A DNA stretch of 32,000 nt from Candidatus Methylomirabilis limnetica (GTDB lineage Bacteria; Methylomirabilota; Methylomirabilia; Methylomirabilales; Methylomirabilaceae): assembly GCF_003044035.1 (NCBI RefSeq), contig NZ_NVQC01000020.1, positions 76,358-108,357 on the forward strand, written 5' to 3'. The stretch's first letter is position 1. The number at the start of each line of letters is the position of its first letter. The notes beneath the pieces are model-generated. The model worked only from the letters and a program-made list of their open reading frames with translations. It had not been told where the DNA came from and searched no databases. Below, piece by piece: positions 17,540 through 31,862 of the stretch. The position numbers and the translations under genes were made by a program.

Positions 17540-17851
17540 AATAAAGTTCCGTGAATCGCGTGATACCCCGAAGCGCTGTCAGGCACAGGACGTTAGCGAC
17601 TTGAGCTGTTTGGATGCTGCGCCCTCCCATGAGCTCACAGAGTACCCAGGCGTAGGGGCCAAGAGCCGGCAACGCCGCCGACGGCTCCCGCCATCACTCA
17701 TTGCCGTCTCGAAACCCGCTGCTGCGCCTACATTCCGTGTCACCTCACGGCGCGGAGCGTTGCATCGCATCGACCGATTACTTATCGGTAGGAGTAGGCA
17801 CCTTCGTTACAACAAGAGTAGCGGACCCTCTCTCGCTTGTCAATTAGACCT

Positions 17852-17869
17852 GCCTGTCGGCAGACAGGC
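17852..17869. repeat. 7-bp hairpin element GCCTGTC-GGCA-GACAGGC
   Basis: This is a perfect inverted repeat lying 3 nt upstream of the left 52-nt direct repeat. Confidence 0.4.
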
Positions 17870-17871
17870 GT

Positions 17872-17923
17872 CGCCAGCGATTCGAAGGCGTACGATGACA
17901 GAGCGGCCGCTGCAAGGAGACGG
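17872..17923 (+). repeat. Left copy of a 52-nt imperfect direct repeat (candidate island boundary)
   Basis: In an ungapped hand alignment it matches 31811-31862 at 44 of 52 positions. The 17-nt perfect core is ACGATGACAGAGCGGCC (17892-17908 = 31831-31847). Confidence 0.6.
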
Positions 17924-17997
17924 GTTCATCTGGGAGGTGCGCAGGAAACTGGACGAGTCATAATCGCCATCCCCCGCTTTTCGATGTCAAGCATCCC

Positions 17998-18026
17998 TTG
18001 ACAAGCAAAAACAGCCCTCCTACACT
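17998..18026 (+). promoter_or_regulatory. Sigma70-like promoter upstream of the esterase gene
   Basis: TTGACA (17998-18003) is followed by a 17-nt spacer and TACACT (18021-18026). The -35 box is embedded in the inverted repeat TGTCAAG-CATCC-CTTGACA. Confidence 0.3.
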
Positions 18027-18091
18027 TTCGACCACCGAAAGTAATGCCGTATCAAACAAAGCGGCAAGCGAACGAGACTGTGGAGGAAAAT

Positions 18092-19111
18092 ATGCCTGCC
18101 ATCCCGGAACGACAAGCCCTGCGCCAGGTTATCGTCGACAGCCTCTGCTTGCGCGATAACCCCCTCGGCGATCCGCATGTACGCCGCTTTCCGGTGTACG
18201 TGCCGCCGCAGTACGACACAGAACACGAGCGGCGCTTTCCGGTCGTCTGGCTGCTGGCGGGCTACGGCGGCTGGGGCGAACAGAAGGCCACGGCGGTGCG
18301 CGCCTGGGAGGAACCGCTGCCCGATCAGCTCGATCGACTCATGCGCGCGGGCGACTTGGAACCGGCGTTGGTCGCGTTTCCCGATTGTTTCACCCGCTTT
18401 GGCGGCTCGCAGTACCGCAACTCATTGGGGACGGGGCGCTATGGCGATTACCTCGCCGACGAATTGGTCAGCGCTGTCGACGCGCGCTTTCGTACCCAGG
18501 CCGACCGCGATCGTCGAGCGGTGATGGGCAAGAGTTCCGGAGGGTACGGCGCGCTCATGATGGCGATGCTGCGCCCGGACGTCTTCGGTCTGTGTTGCGC
18601 GACGGCCGCGGACAGCTACTTTCCGCTCTCATGCGTGCAAGATTTCGGTAAGGCGCTGCAGGTCTACCACCGCCACGGCGGGCCGGAAGGGTTCGTCGCC
18701 GCGTTTGCCCACAAGCGGACCCGCACGCCCGCGGAGTTGAGCGCCATGATGGTGCTGGCCTACGCGCAGTGCTACTCGCCGAACGCGCAAGTGCCTGTCT
18801 ACGGTGCCGATCTGCCCTTCGATCTCGACACCGGCGAGATGATCACGGCGACGTGGCGACGTTGGCTAGCCTGCGATCCGGTGTCGATGGTCGAGGGCCA
18901 TGTTGAGGCGTTGCGCGGCATGCGCCTGCTCTTCCTGGACGCCGGCACCAGCGACGAGTGGTTCCTCAACTTTGGCCATCGGGTCCTGGCGAGCCGCCTG
19001 AGGCACCACAATATTCCGTTCGAGTTCGAGGAGTTCGATGGCGGCCACATGGGCGTCGGTTATCGCGTCATCGACTCGTTGCGCCACATCACTGCCGCGC
19101 TGCGCCGGTAG
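18092..19111 (+). CDS. Alpha/beta-hydrolase, putative esterase (esterase D / enterochelin-esterase-like family)
   Basis: FPVVWLLAGYGG is present, the nucleophile elbow is MGKSSGGYGAL (GxSxG), and there is a C-terminal GGH. ATG 18092 follows GGAGGAAAAT; the ORF is open from 18044. Confidence 0.7.
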   Translation: MPAIPERQALRQVIVDSLCLRDNPLGDPHVRRFPVYVPPQYDTEHERRFPVVWLLAGYGGWGEQKATAVRAWEEPLPDQLDRLMRAGDLEPALVAFPDCFTRFGGSQYRNSLGTGRYGDYLADELVSAVDARFRTQADRDRRAVMGKSSGGYGALMMAMLRPDVFGLCCATAADSYFPLSCVQDFGKALQVYHRHGGPEGFVAAFAHKRTRTPAELSAMMVLAYAQCYSPNAQVPVYGADLPFDLDTGEMITATWRRWLACDPVSMVEGHVEALRGMRLLFLDAGTSDEWFLNFGHRVLASRLRHHNIPFEFEEFDGGHMGVGYRVIDSLRHITAALRR

Positions 19112-19317
19112 CGATTGGGCGGCGGCAGAGGCCTAGGCGTTTTAAGTTGGATATTCCGTGAATCGCCTATTAGTCATTGCTGTTTGTAATGAAATCTTAT
19201 AGTTTACGGTAAGTTATTGTTTCGTCTTGACCGTGTAGAAGAATTTGTGCTGTACTTATCCGCCTCGTTAGGCGCACCCAGAACCGTCGCGCAGCCCGAG
19301 TCCCCAAGAGGTAACAC

Positions 19318-20917
<1,600 letters not shown>

Positions 20918-20928
<11 letters not shown>

Positions 20929-22345
20929 CTGGCAGCGCTATCGAATAGGTGAGTTAGGGAAAGTTCTGACTGGACGAACTCCGCCGGGTACACACCCGGA
21001 CTATTTCGGAGATTGCATGCCGTTCCTTACTCCGACTGATATGGACGGCAGAAGGAAAGTTGAAACAACTGGACGCTCACTCTCTCAACTAGGCGTGGAT
21101 CGCCTAAGGCAGGCAATCGTTCCACATGGGGTAGCGGTGTCATGCATCGGATGGCAGATGGGCAAGCCGCTGCTTGTTGATCGACCGGTGATCACGAATC
21201 AGCAGATCAACTCGATTGTCGCGGATAGAACACGTATCGAGGAAACGTTCCTGTACTACGCACTTTTGTCTAAACGGAACGAGATCTTTGCTCTGGGAGC
21301 CGGAGGGTCTAGAACACCTATCCTCAACAAATCCGGCTTTGAGAGCATCACGATTGAGGCACCGCCGCTCCCCGAACAGCGCGCCATCGCCCACATCCTT
21401 GGCGCGCTGGACGACAAGATCGAGCTGAACCGGAGGATGAACGAGACGCTGGAGGCGATGGCGCGGGCGCTCTTCAAGTCGTGGTTCGTGGCCTTCGACC
21501 CCGTCCGCGCCAAGGCCGAAGGGCAAGCACGCCAGGATGGCGCGCGCAGCGGGCAACCAAGGAAGCCACTGAATGTGGCTTCCGACTTGCCCTGGCCTGG
21601 AGCGCAGGCAGGAGTCGGAGCGGAAGGCGACCCCGGCCTCCCCCAGCCCCTCGCCAACCTGTTCCCGGATTCCTTCCAGGACTCGGAGCTGGGGGAGATT
21701 CCGATGGGGTGGCGGGCAGGGCGACTCGACGACGTTCTGGCCGAGCTCGTTTCAGGGGCACGACCCAAGGGCGGCGCCGTGGAGGAGGGGGTACCCAGCA
21801 TCGGGGCCGAGAACGTCATCGGCTTGGGGCGCTACGACTTCTCCAAAGAGAAGTACGTGCCGCAGGAGTTTTTTGAGCGGCTCAAGCTCAATGGTGCCGC
21901 AGTGCGGGCTGGGGACGTGCTGCTCTATAAGGACGGCGCCCAGATCGGACGCAAGACGTACTTCGATTGCGATTTCCCGCACGCTGAGTGTGCGATCAAC
22001 GAGCACGTCTTCATCCTTAGGCCGAGGAGGTCCGAGGAGCAAAGGTTTCTCTTCTTCTGGCTCGATCAAGCATCGATGACACAGGAGATCGTCAGCCTGA
22101 ACTCGAACTCAGCGCAGCCTGGCATCAACCAGCCCGGAGTGCGCGGACTGCCAGTCCTCCTTCCAAAAGATGAGGTAGTCGACGCGTTCGACCAGCTGGT
22201 GGCGCGCCTGACCGCACGCCTGTTTGCCAACTGCAAGGAGTCCCGCACCCTCGCCGCCCTGCGCGACACGCTGCTACCCAAGCTCATCTCCGGCGCGCTG
22301 CGGATTGACGTTGCAGAGCGGCTTATCAAGGAGCCGACCATATGA
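20918..22345 (+). CDS. hsdS: Type I R-M specificity subunit (two TRDs)
   Basis: ATG 20918 overlaps the hsdM end by 11 nt. The central conserved helix is [41 protein letters not shown] and the distal one is [19 protein letters not shown] precedes each. Confidence 0.85.
21561..21583. repeat. Perfect 9-bp hairpin (GGAAGCCAC-TGAAT-GTGGCTTCC) inside an extra segment of about 105 nt in the hsdS inter-TRD linker
   Basis: Read directly from the sequence. The surrounding [35 protein letters not shown] lies between KAEG and DPGLP, which are normally contiguous in HsdS linkers (from memory). Confidence 0.45.
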
Positions 22346-23490
22346 ATGCACCCGATGATCTTTCCGCGCTTCACGAGAAACCCTTCGCCGACGCCGTGGT
22401 GAAGTTCGAAGAGTTGCTCGCCCAGAGCGGCCGAGCCTTCTTGATTGGGGCTGGGTGCAGCAAGTGTGCAGGACTGCCACTCACAGCCGAGCTCACCAAA
22501 GAAGCCCTCAGCAGTGACGTGCTCGACGACACGACGAAAAAAGTTCTTGCTGCGCTTCGTGATCTCTTCGCGGGCGCTGCCGACGCGAACATCGAGGACT
22601 ATCTCAGCGAACTCATTGATTTGCTGGCGATCGCTGAACGCCGGACCTCACGAGGTGCGACACAGAAGGATGTCACTCTCGGGGGAGTCTCCTATGGCGA
22701 AGCGCAGCTGCTAACGGCGGCCGATCAAATCAAGCGGGGAATCGCTGGAGTCATTGAGAGGAAGGTGTCGATCGAAACCCACCAGAGCTTTATTAGAGCT
22801 GTGCATCGCCCCCTGCGGCCAGGAAAACCTACGTCCGGTCAGACAGTGGACTACCTCGTCTTGAACTACGACACCGTACTTGAGGACGCGCTAGCCTTGG
22901 AGCGCGTCCCGTTCGCGGACGGGCTCGACGGAGGCGTGACTGGTTGGTGGAGTCCTCAGACATTCGATCGCGATGGGCTGGCCGCCCGTGTGTTCAAGCT
23001 GCACGGATCGATCAACTGGTGCGAGTTCCCAGATGACCCTTTGCCGCGGCGAGTCGGAGATCGACTTCAGATCGCGGGAGCCAAAGAGCGTCGAATCCTC
23101 ATCTGGCCGGCTTCTACCAAATATCGTGAGGCGCAGCTTGATCCGTACGCGCAACTGGCAGAGCGCGCGCGCCGCGTGCTCCGGCCAAGCGCCGGTTCCC
23201 AGTGCGTTCTGTTCGTCTGCGGGTATCGCTTCAGCGACGCTCACATCAATCTTGAGCTTGATCGCGCGCTTCGAGAATCGGGAGGAAAACTCACGATTGT
23301 TGTCTTCACTTCTGACAACGGGCCGTCTGGCCAGTTGGCAACGTGGCATAAGGACGCCGCCGTAATGGAGCAGGTACTTGTGTTCGCCAACCGAGGGTTC
23401 TTCCACGGCACCCAGTCAGCGCCCACGACGACGGACCTCCTCTGGTGGAAGTTCGAGAACATCACTCGGCTGCTTGGGGGTGAGCGATGA
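22342..23490 (+). CDS. SIR2-like (SIR2_2 / DHS-like NAD-binding) domain protein, defence-type
   Basis: FLIGAGCSKCAGLP is a GAGxS motif, LVLNYDTVLE is an NYD motif and FKLHGSINW supplies the catalytic His. ATG 22342 overlaps the hsdS stop (ATGA). Confidence 0.8.
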   Translation: MNAPDDLSALHEKPFADAVVKFEELLAQSGRAFLIGAGCSKCAGLPLTAELTKEALSSDVLDDTTKKVLAALRDLFAGAADANIEDYLSELIDLLAIAERRTSRGATQKDVTLGGVSYGEAQLLTAADQIKRGIAGVIERKVSIETHQSFIRAVHRPLRPGKPTSGQTVDYLVLNYDTVLEDALALERVPFADGLDGGVTGWWSPQTFDRDGLAARVFKLHGSINWCEFPDDPLPRRVGDRLQIAGAKERRILIWPASTKYREAQLDPYAQLAERARRVLRPSAGSQCVLFVCGYRFSDAHINLELDRALRESGGKLTIVVFTSDNGPSGQLATWHKDAAVMEQVLVFANRGFFHGTQSAPTTTDLLWWKFENITRLLGGER

Positions 23491-25244
23491 ACGCCGACAA
23501 ACGCAATCCGGCCGATCCGATTGAGAACCTGGCTATCGGCAAGATCATTGAAGTAGACGGATCCCACGTCATTGCGGAATTGGACCGCGGACTGACAGAG
23601 CTTTCTCGTGTGTATGCAGGGGAGACGTATCCAATCGGCCAGTTCGGCTCGATCGTGCGAATCCACTTCGGTCGCCGACTGATCTACGCCCTCGTGGGCC
23701 GACTCAGGATGAAGGCGGAGTACGAGTCTGAACGCGGCATCCCGTCTCAAGCCTCAGCCGATGAGAGAGTCGTCGAGGCCGACTTGTTCGGGGAGGGCGA
23801 GTGGAGCCAGGATGCGGCCGGCACCACGAAGTTAGATTTCGAGCGGGGCGTCGCGACGTATCCCCTGCCCCAACAGACGGTATATCTCACGCCCAAGTCG
23901 GAATTGCGCTCCATCTACGGGTATAAGAAGGGCGCGGTCATTCAGCTCGGCGAGCACGTTGGGTCAGGCGGCGCGCCGTGCTTTGCGGACATGAATGAAC
24001 TGCTCGGCAAGCACACTGCGGTCCTCGGTGCAACCGGAGCCGGAAAGTCCGGAGCGGTCGCAGCAATCGTTCACAGCATTCTTGACCGAGGGGCGGTTGC
24101 TGGCCACGCGAGCTGGAAACCGCAGATCGTCGTGCTCGACCCGCACAACGAATATGGCAAGGCGTTCACGGACCACAGGAGACTCTCGACGGACGAGGGC
24201 ACTCTTTCTCTCCCCTACTGGCTGTTGGACCTGGATGAAACGATCGGTCTCTTGGTCGGCAAGGCTGAGGACGCGGCTACGTCACAGTCCAACATCGTCA
24301 AGAATGCGCTGCTCACCGCGAGGATGTATTCCGCGTCGAAAGTTCTAAAGCTCGATGCGGCGAAACTCACGGTCGACGCGCCCATTCCATACTTTCTCGG
24401 TGAACCATCGGGTTTGGATGAGTTCGGTGCGATCAATGGCGTGAAGTATGAGACGGGTCTCGTCGGAGCGATCAATGCACAGAGACCAGACAACAAGGAC
24501 AAGAAGGCCCACGAGGGCTACAACAAAGTCCTGAGAAAGCTCGACTCCCTGATGAAGGACGAGCGCCTTGCGTTCATGATGAAGTCTTGGAGTGGAGCCG
24601 GCGACCCGATGACCGATGTGTTAGCTCAGTTTCTTGGTGACGGTGTTCCGGTGCGAATCGTCGACTTATCTGGAGTGCCAAACGAGGTGGCAGGGACCGC
24701 GAGCGCCGCGATAGCTCGAACCCTCTTCTCTCTAAAGGTCTGGCAGACGGCTGACGAGCGGGCGATGAGTCCGGTCTTGCTGGTTTGCGAGGAAGCCCAT
24801 CGCTACGTGCCAAATAGTGGCGAGGCGCAATACAGTGCAGCTCAGGGTGCGATCAGGCGAATCGCGAAGGAGGGCCGCAAGTACGGCATTGGATTGATGC
24901 TGGTGTCACAGCGCCCAAGCGAGGTTGAGGCGACCGTGTTGTCGCAATGTAACTCGTGGCTCGTGCTTCGCATCACGAATGAGGCTGACAGAGAACACGT
25001 CAAGGGGATTCTTCCTGATTCGATGGCTGGCCTCACGAAAATGCTGTCTGGACTTCGTCGACAGGAGGCTATTTTTGTTGGGCAGGCGGCCATGCTGCCA
25101 TCCCGAATTATGATCAGGGATCTAGCGGACGAACAGCTGCCTAAGTCGAACGACATCGACTTTGACAAGGGTTGGCAGAACGTCGGTATGTCCGCAGAGC
25201 AATTGGGGGTCGTCGCCAGTCGTTGGCGGTATCAGAAGCGATGA
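23487..25244 (+). CDS. HerA/FtsK-like (DUF87) hexameric ATPase
   Basis: An N-terminal HAS-barrel-like segment is present ([16 protein letters not shown]...GSIVRI). Walker A is GATGAGKSG, Walker B is [13 protein letters not shown], and [11 protein letters not shown] is also present. ATG 23487 overlaps the SIR2 stop (ATGA). Confidence 0.85.
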   Translation: MNADKRNPADPIENLAIGKIIEVDGSHVIAELDRGLTELSRVYAGETYPIGQFGSIVRIHFGRRLIYALVGRLRMKAEYESERGIPSQASADERVVEADLFGEGEWSQDAAGTTKLDFERGVATYPLPQQTVYLTPKSELRSIYGYKKGAVIQLGEHVGSGGAPCFADMNELLGKHTAVLGATGAGKSGAVAAIVHSILDRGAVAGHASWKPQIVVLDPHNEYGKAFTDHRRLSTDEGTLSLPYWLLDLDETIGLLVGKAEDAATSQSNIVKNALLTARMYSASKVLKLDAAKLTVDAPIPYFLGEPSGLDEFGAINGVKYETGLVGAINAQRPDNKDKKAHEGYNKVLRKLDSLMKDERLAFMMKSWSGAGDPMTDVLAQFLGDGVPVRIVDLSGVPNEVAGTASAAIARTLFSLKVWQTADERAMSPVLLVCEEAHRYVPNSGEAQYSAAQGAIRRIAKEGRKYGIGLMLVSQRPSEVEATVLSQCNSWLVLRITNEADREHVKGILPDSMAGLTKMLSGLRRQEAIFVGQAAMLPSRIMIRDLADEQLPKSNDIDFDKGWQNVGMSAEQLGVVASRWRYQKR

Positions 25245-25561
25245 GCGGCAACTTCAGCGAATCCGTCGTCAAACAAGCCGCCCTGGCCTGGTTCGAAAGC
25301 CTCGGCTGGCGGGTCACGCACGGCCTCGAGATCGCGCCCGGCGAGGCCGGAGCCGAGCGGAATGACTACGGGCAGGTCGTCCTGGCGCAACGCCTGCGCG
25401 ATGCACTCGCGCGGCTCAACCCGGTGCTGCCCGCCGAGGCGCTGGAAGATGCCGTCCGCAAGCTGACGTGACCCGAAGGCGCGGAGCTTATCGTGCGCAA
25501 CCGCGCCCTACACCGCCTGCTCGTGGATGGCGTGACGGTCGGGTACCGCGAGGTGGCGGGC
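25241..25561 (+). pseudogene. hsdR: hsdR 5' remnant no. 1 (about 107 codons, with an in-frame TGA at 25469-25471)
   Basis: [25 protein letters not shown]...[18 protein letters not shown][stop][27 protein letters not shown] is collinear with the N-terminus of the full copy at 28453, and by eye roughly 80% identical in nucleotides. Similarity ends near 25561. Its ATG overlaps the HerA stop (ATGA). Confidence 0.75.
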
Positions 25562-25622
25562 GACGTCGGCGATTGGGCAAGCAGCGGGGACGGCGACACG
25601 TGCACCGCCCGTGAGGCATGAC

Positions 25623-27029
25623 ATGACAACACCGGAACAGATTGACCTCTGGCGCCAATCGCCCTCGGAGCGCCAGCGCCTGGAGTTCAAGGAGGCGAAG
25701 GCACAGTTCGACAACCGCCGGCTCTATGAGTATTGCGTGGCACTGGCAAATGAGGGTGGCGGGCATCTTCTGCTCGGCGTCGCGGACAAGCCGCCGCGCA
25801 CGGTTGTCGGCACGCAAGCTTTCAACGATCCCGTCGCGATGGCGGAGAAGCTGTTCCAGGCCGTAGGTTTTCGGGTGGATATCGACGAAGTGGCGCATCC
25901 GCACGGTCGGGTGCTGGTGTTCCACATTCCGTCGCGGCCGCGTGGCACCGCGTATCACCTGGACGGCAAATATCTGATGCGCACGGGTGAGGCGCTGGTA
26001 CCGATGAGCGAGGACCAGTTGCGGCGCATCTTCGCCGAGGGCGAGCCGGACTGGCTGGAAGAGCACACCAGAACGGGCCTCGACGCCCAGGCGGTGATCG
26101 AGTTGCTCGATACGCAGACGTTCTTCGAACTGCTGAAACTGCCGTACCCGACCGAGCGTGCCGGCGTCATCGACCGCCTCACACGCGATCGGTTGACCGA
26201 CGCGGCGAACGGCACATTCGCGATCCGCAGGCTTGGCGCTCTGCTGCTGGCGAAACGCCTTGACGACTTTACTGACCTAGCGCGCAAGGCGGCGCGCGTG
26301 GTGGTGTATTCCGGGGCATCCAAGCTGGAGACCCGGCTCGACCAGATTGGCGCCAAGGGCTACGCAGTGGGTTTCCAGGGGCTGGTGCGTTTCGTGATGA
26401 CGCAGTTGCCGCAGAACGAGGTCATCGAGGACGCACTGCGCAAGGAAGTGAAGCTCATTCCCGAGATCGTGATTCGCGAGCTCGTCGCCAATGCGCTGAT
26501 CCACCAGGACTTCACCATTGGCGGCGCATCGGTGATGGTCGAGATTTACAGCAACCGCGTCGAGATCTCCAACCCAGGCGAGCCGATCGTGCCGGTGGAA
26601 CGCTTCATCGACGGCTATCAGTCCCGTAACGAACGGCTCGCCGATCTGATGCGCCGGATGGGCATTTGCGAGGAGAAAAGCAGCGGCATTGACCGCGTGG
26701 TTCAGGCGGCCGAGGTATATCAATTGCCGGCGCCGGATTTTCGCGCCGGGCATCGGCGCACCGTTGTGACAATCTTTGGCCTGAAGCCGTTCGAAGAGAT
26801 GGATCGAAATGACCGGGTGCGGGCCTGCTACCAGCACTGTGCCTTGAAGTGGGTGATGTCCGAGCGGATGACCAACCAGTCGCTGCGTGATCGCTTCCGG
26901 CTTGCGGAGGATAAGGCGGCGATTGCGTCACAGATTATCGCGGCGACCATCGAGGCGGAGATGATCAAACCGGACGAGAGCGTAGGTACGTCGCGAAAGT
27001 TCGCCCGTTACCTGCCCTTCTGGGCATAA
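25623..27029 (+). CDS. AlbA_2 (Schlafen-like, divergent AAA_4) plus HATPase_c_4 domain protein, often annotated as RecG-like/transcriptional regulator
   Basis: The N-terminal region ESERLEFKEAKAQFD...ALANEGGGHLLLGV is AlbA_2-like. The C-terminal region IRELVANALIHQDF...VEIYSNRVEISNPG is a GHKL-like fold, with a wHTH-like tail. The alternative start is GTG 25611. Confidence 0.65.
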   Translation: MTTPEQIDLWRQSPSERQRLEFKEAKAQFDNRRLYEYCVALANEGGGHLLLGVADKPPRTVVGTQAFNDPVAMAEKLFQAVGFRVDIDEVAHPHGRVLVFHIPSRPRGTAYHLDGKYLMRTGEALVPMSEDQLRRIFAEGEPDWLEEHTRTGLDAQAVIELLDTQTFFELLKLPYPTERAGVIDRLTRDRLTDAANGTFAIRRLGALLLAKRLDDFTDLARKAARVVVYSGASKLETRLDQIGAKGYAVGFQGLVRFVMTQLPQNEVIEDALRKEVKLIPEIVIRELVANALIHQDFTIGGASVMVEIYSNRVEISNPGEPIVPVERFIDGYQSRNERLADLMRRMGICEEKSSGIDRVVQAAEVYQLPAPDFRAGHRRTVVTIFGLKPFEEMDRNDRVRACYQHCALKWVMSERMTNQSLRDRFRLAEDKAAIASQIIAATIEAEMIKPDESVGTSRKFARYLPFWA

Positions 27030-27132
27030 GAGTTATTTAAGGGCAAACTTGGAATACCACCACTTCAAGACAACAGGTCCTTTAGAATCCATATGTTGCT
27101 TATTTAAGCGTTTGCCGGAAAAGACCGACTGA

Positions 27133-27327
27133 ATGACCTCTTTCACCGAATCCGTCGTGGAGCAAGCTGCGCTGGGGTGGCTCGAGAGCGTCGGCTGGGC
27201 GGTCAAGTACGGCCCTGAGATTGGGCCTGGGGGCCAGAGGCCGAGGGGCCAGCTCCGACAGTATGATTGCGCACACCTGGAAAGGATTTTTAGCGGCGTG
27301 GTCCGGAGGACGTTGCGGATTTCTTAG
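27133..27327 (+). pseudogene. hsdR: hsdR 5' remnant no. 2 (only about 34 codons are HsdR-like)
   Basis: [34 protein letters not shown] parallels [36 protein letters not shown] of the full copy. After that the ORF is unrelated sequence ending at 27327. Confidence 0.55.
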
Positions 27328-27490
27328 GAATGGTAGCTGTATGGATAGCTTTACGGGCAGACGTTCGAGAGACACTTAGGCGGGCGCCTTCAATAGCTGA
27401 TGAACTGGACACCGCCGTCCAAAGCAGCGACTGTCTTTGCGCAGGATCTTTCAGGTAGGGGTTAGTTTCGACTAATGGCTTTTTACGCAT
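27290..27490 (-). CDS. Small ORF (66 aa) with a class-I Fic-antitoxin-like SxxxEG motif
   Basis: The sequence is [40 protein letters not shown]..., where S-SAI-E-G fits [S/T]xxxE[G/N]. It is divergent from the RhuM-Fic gene. No clear SD is present, and the start was chosen at the internal ATG 27490. Confidence 0.3.
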   Translation of the reverse strand: MRKKPLVETNPYLKDPAQRQSLLWTAVSSSSAIEGARLSVSRTSARKAIHTATIPKKSATSSGPRR

Positions 27491-27578
27491 GACTATTTTG
27501 TACCACACACGGGGCGGTTGGTCACTACGAAAGCGCAATCATGAGCATTGCTCAATTCACCAAATCTGAGGTGTCTGC

Positions 27579-28452
27579 ATGACCAATTCCTCGAACGCGA
27601 TCCCCGGCGGCGAAGTCGTCGTCTACCAGGCGCCGGATGGTCAGGTGAGGGTCGAGGTGCGGCTGGAGCGGGAGACGGTCTGGCTGTCGCTGAACCAGTT
27701 GGCGGAGCTGTTCGGCCGCGACAAGTCCGTGATTTCACGGCACTTGCGGAACGTGTTCGAGTCTGGGGAGCTGGAGCGGGCGGCAACTGTTGCAAAAAAT
27801 GCAACAGTTCAAACCGAGGGGGGCCGCGGGGTCGTCCGGGAGATAGAGTTCTTCAACCTCGACGCCATCCTGTCGGTCGGATACCGAGTCAATTCCAAGT
27901 GCGGCACCCAGTTCCGCATCTGGGCTACGACCACTCTGCGCGATCATCTGCTGCGCGGCTACACGCTGAACGAGCGGCGCCTGCGGGAGCGGGGCTTGAG
28001 CGAGATCGAGCAGGCGGTTGGGCTCCTGGCACGCACCTTGACGACTCATGCCCTCGTCACGGACGAAGGGCGAGCCGTGCTGGACGTGGTGCAGCGCTAC
28101 ACCCGCTCCTGGCGCCTGTTGCTGGAGTACGACGAAGAGCGGCTGGCCGAGGTGCCGGGGAGTGCCGTGACGCCGACCGCGGCGCTCTCCCTGGACGATG
28201 CGCGGGCCGCCGCTGCAAGCTTGCGGGACGACCTCGTCGGCCGCGGCCAGGCGGGGGCGCTCTTCGGGCAGGAGCGCGGTGACGGTCTGGCGGGGATCCT
28301 CGGTGCCATGCCTTGTTGCTCCGCGCCGACGGGAACCCGCGACTCGCGGACAACGCGATGGTGGCACTGGCTCTGCTCATCGCCGAAAGCGATCCGGCGC
28401 AGAAGGATCTCATGATCCGGCTCGTGCTGAACCTCCTGGAGGACGACCCGTC

Positions 28453-28456
<4 letters not shown>
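27579..28456 (+). pseudogene. RhuM-family / Fic-DOC fusion gene with the Fic core deleted and a frame change
   Basis: The N-terminus has RhuM features (LNQLAELFGRDKSVISRHL, VGYRVNSKCGTQFRIWATTTLRDHLLRGY). The frame changes near 28305-28315. The tail in the other frame ([47 protein letters not shown]) ends in a TGA that overlaps the hsdR ATG. No HPFxDGNKR motif is found in any frame. Confidence 0.55.
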
Positions 28457-31631
<3,175 letters not shown>

Positions 31632-31666
31632 GCGGCGCGTCCAAACAATAACTCAGTAAATAGGTT

Positions 31667-31682
31667 AAATAGGGACAGACAC
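31667..31682 (+). repeat. 16-nt perfect direct repeat AAATAGGGACAGACAC, copy 1 (copy 2 at 31876-31891)
   Basis: The match is exact as read from the sequence. The two copies bracket the right 52-nt repeat. Confidence 0.5.
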
Positions 31683-31810
31683 TATTATCGTGACAATTCG
31701 TGGTGCTCGCGGTCATGCTCGCGCCTTCCACGGATTGCTCGAACCGTCGCATTCGGCCACCCGTATCATGTGACGCAACGAGGGAATGATCGCCAGGCGG
31801 TATTTCGGAA

Positions 31811-31862
31811 CGACAGCAATCCGAAGGCACACGATGACAGAGCGGCCACTGCGAAGAGACGG
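31811..31862 (+). repeat. Right copy of the 52-nt imperfect direct repeat
   Basis: See 17872-17923. It lies 180 nt after the hsdR stop, in AT-rich sequence (about 35% GC in one hand-counted block). Confidence 0.6.

Noticed and set aside
17875-17895. A TTCGAAT string on the minus strand that looks like a tRNA T-loop, which would have made the island repeat a tRNA 3' end
   Set aside because: The flanking bases do not form a 5-bp T-stem, and no acceptor or anticodon arms can be drawn. I see no tRNA anywhere in the window.
17469-17963. A 164-aa ORF spanning the DUF2064 start region and the left island border
   Set aside because: It has no recognisable motifs, it overlaps the DUF2064 gene in antisense, and its composition is Arg/Ser/Pro-rich. 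Only its last 22 codons are interesting, as part of the 52-nt repeat.
17548-19166. A 13-nt repeat TTCCGTGAATCGC at 17548-17560 and 19154-19166, flanking the esterase region, considered as a possible nested insertion border
   Set aside because: By my rough estimate, several exact 13-mers are expected by chance among all position pairs in 32 kb. No extended similarity surrounds either copy.
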